From: Candidatus Dojkabacteria bacterium UBA2022
GTDB taxonomy: Bacteria; Patescibacteriota; Dojkabacteria; SC72
Length of the DNA stretch: 64,000 nucleotides
Direction of reading: 5' to 3'
Assembly (NCBI GenBank): GCA_002335495.1
Contig: DDBW01000006.1
Coordinates: 72 to 64,071 of the forward strand
Of the stretch, positions 63,223 to 64,000 are shown piece after piece. Both the position numbers and the translations under genes were made by a program. Numbering within the stretch: the stretch's first letter is position 1; the number at the start of each line of letters is the position of its first letter. The notes under the pieces were generated by a model, which did not search any database, had not been told where the DNA came from, and was given only the letters and a program-made list of their open reading frames with translations.

Positions 63223-63729
63223 ATGGGAACTGGATTATCCTTAATTACTGAATATGCACTCGGAGGACTTATTTTCTGGTCTACATTAGTCGTAGGATTC
63301 TTCCTTTCGAGTATCTTTCCTGCTGAACTACTTACTAACTTATCACCTATCTTAACCGGGTTAGTCCTAATTGGATCTCCTTTCGTGTATTTAACCGGAC
63401 TTTTAATTGATATATTGGGGAATGAAGTTCTTCAATTGATTAAAATCGAAAGAAATCTGGGCTCAGATAACTACAATAAAATAGTTGTAAATGGCTCAAA
63501 TTCAGCTAAAGACAGAGTAAGGGGATTTGAGTCAACAAAAAGGTTTCTGCGGATTTCGTTTATATCCTTTTTGATTAATGTAGTTATATTTTTGATCACC
63601 GGATGTATTACAAATCAGCCGTTACTCTTCTGCTTTACAATAATCGCTTTATTTATTGGAATTCTTTCTTTCACAGGCTATTTAATGATAAAGCAAAAGT
63701 ATGAAGCAGTTTTGGAGCAATTGAGTTAA
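63223..63729 (+). CDS. Hypothetical polytopic membrane protein
   Basis: ORF with 4-5 hydrophobic helices. Confidence 0.4.
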   Translation: MGTGLSLITEYALGGLIFWSTLVVGFFLSSIFPAELLTNLSPILTGLVLIGSPFVYLTGLLIDILGNEVLQLIKIERNLGSDNYNKIVVNGSNSAKDRVRGFESTKRFLRISFISFLINVVIFLITGCITNQPLLFCFTIIALFIGILSFTGYLMIKQKYEAVLEQLS

Positions 63730-64000
63730 GTATTGTCCAGCTTCTAATAAAGAATAGTTTCTGATCATTTCCCATCATTTCCCCAAGAATAATATATTAT
63801 TAACGAGTGACCAACTTAGATAAGCATAATAAAATTAGGGAAGATTTAGTTGAAATTGATAGTATACCTAATCCCCCTTTCAATACCAGGTCAATTAAGA
63901 AATACTTACAGTGGAAGGTAGGGTCTCTTGGTTTTGATCTTGTTTCAAATCCATACTACTCATATATTCATGTTACTTCCAATCCTGGTGCTCAGAAGTT

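Overview
The window is about 64 kb of low-GC (roughly 35-37%) bacterial chromosome with densely packed small genes on both strands. The first ~745 nt are different: about 60% GC, carrying the antisense C-terminal fragment of a TonB-dependent-receptor-like outer-membrane barrel. That fragment abuts a truncated GT4 glycosyltransferase at a sharp compositional junction, which points to a chimeric join or a recombination scar. After the junction come a small polysaccharide cassette (GT4, a phosphoglycosyl transferase), recO, a large surface protein, tRNA-Lys, hsp20 with a CIRCE-like operator, and a Ca/Na antiporter. Next is an unknown 626-aa protein paired with a hydrolase, followed by a MerR/TipA-type regulator, an RcnA-like metal exporter, and a CpxP-like/OmpR/histidine-kinase module. 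Many small housekeeping and accessory enzymes follow. Notable loci, in order along the window: (i) a SipW-type signal peptidase flanked by two proteins carrying the SipW-cognate (TasA/camelysin-like) signal motif. (ii) A roughly 9.4 kb stretch (30.7-40.2 kb) ending at tRNA-Asp and punctuated by several families of intergenic direct repeats, one of which duplicates the 3' flank of tRNA-Asp. It carries an orphan lpxC homolog, an FGE-domain pseudogene, an LD-carboxypeptidase and others, and looks like tandemly accreted integrative cassettes with no integrase. (iii) A tRNA-Leu/tRNA-Val pair followed by a large serine recombinase whose last codons overlap the tRNA-Val 3' end. This begins a roughly 11.5 kb island bounded downstream by degenerate copies of the tRNA-Val 3' end. 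(iv) The island carries an XRE repressor, two paralogous zinc-ribbon membrane proteins (one a thermonuclease plus Excalibur nuclease), an HTH-ImmA/IrrE + DUF4411 (PIN-like) pair, and a compact graspetide (omega-ester RiPP) locus. The graspetide locus has a promoter, a 31-aa precursor ORF absent from the ORF track, a hairpin and an ATP-grasp ligase. Housekeeping genes include eno, tsaD, a tsaC-tsaE fusion, thioredoxin, an ABC exporter and an SPFH protein. Four tRNAs are present, no rRNA, no CRISPR. Manually derived coordinates may be off by 1-2 nt; I noticed small local disagreements between the printed numbering and the ORF track.
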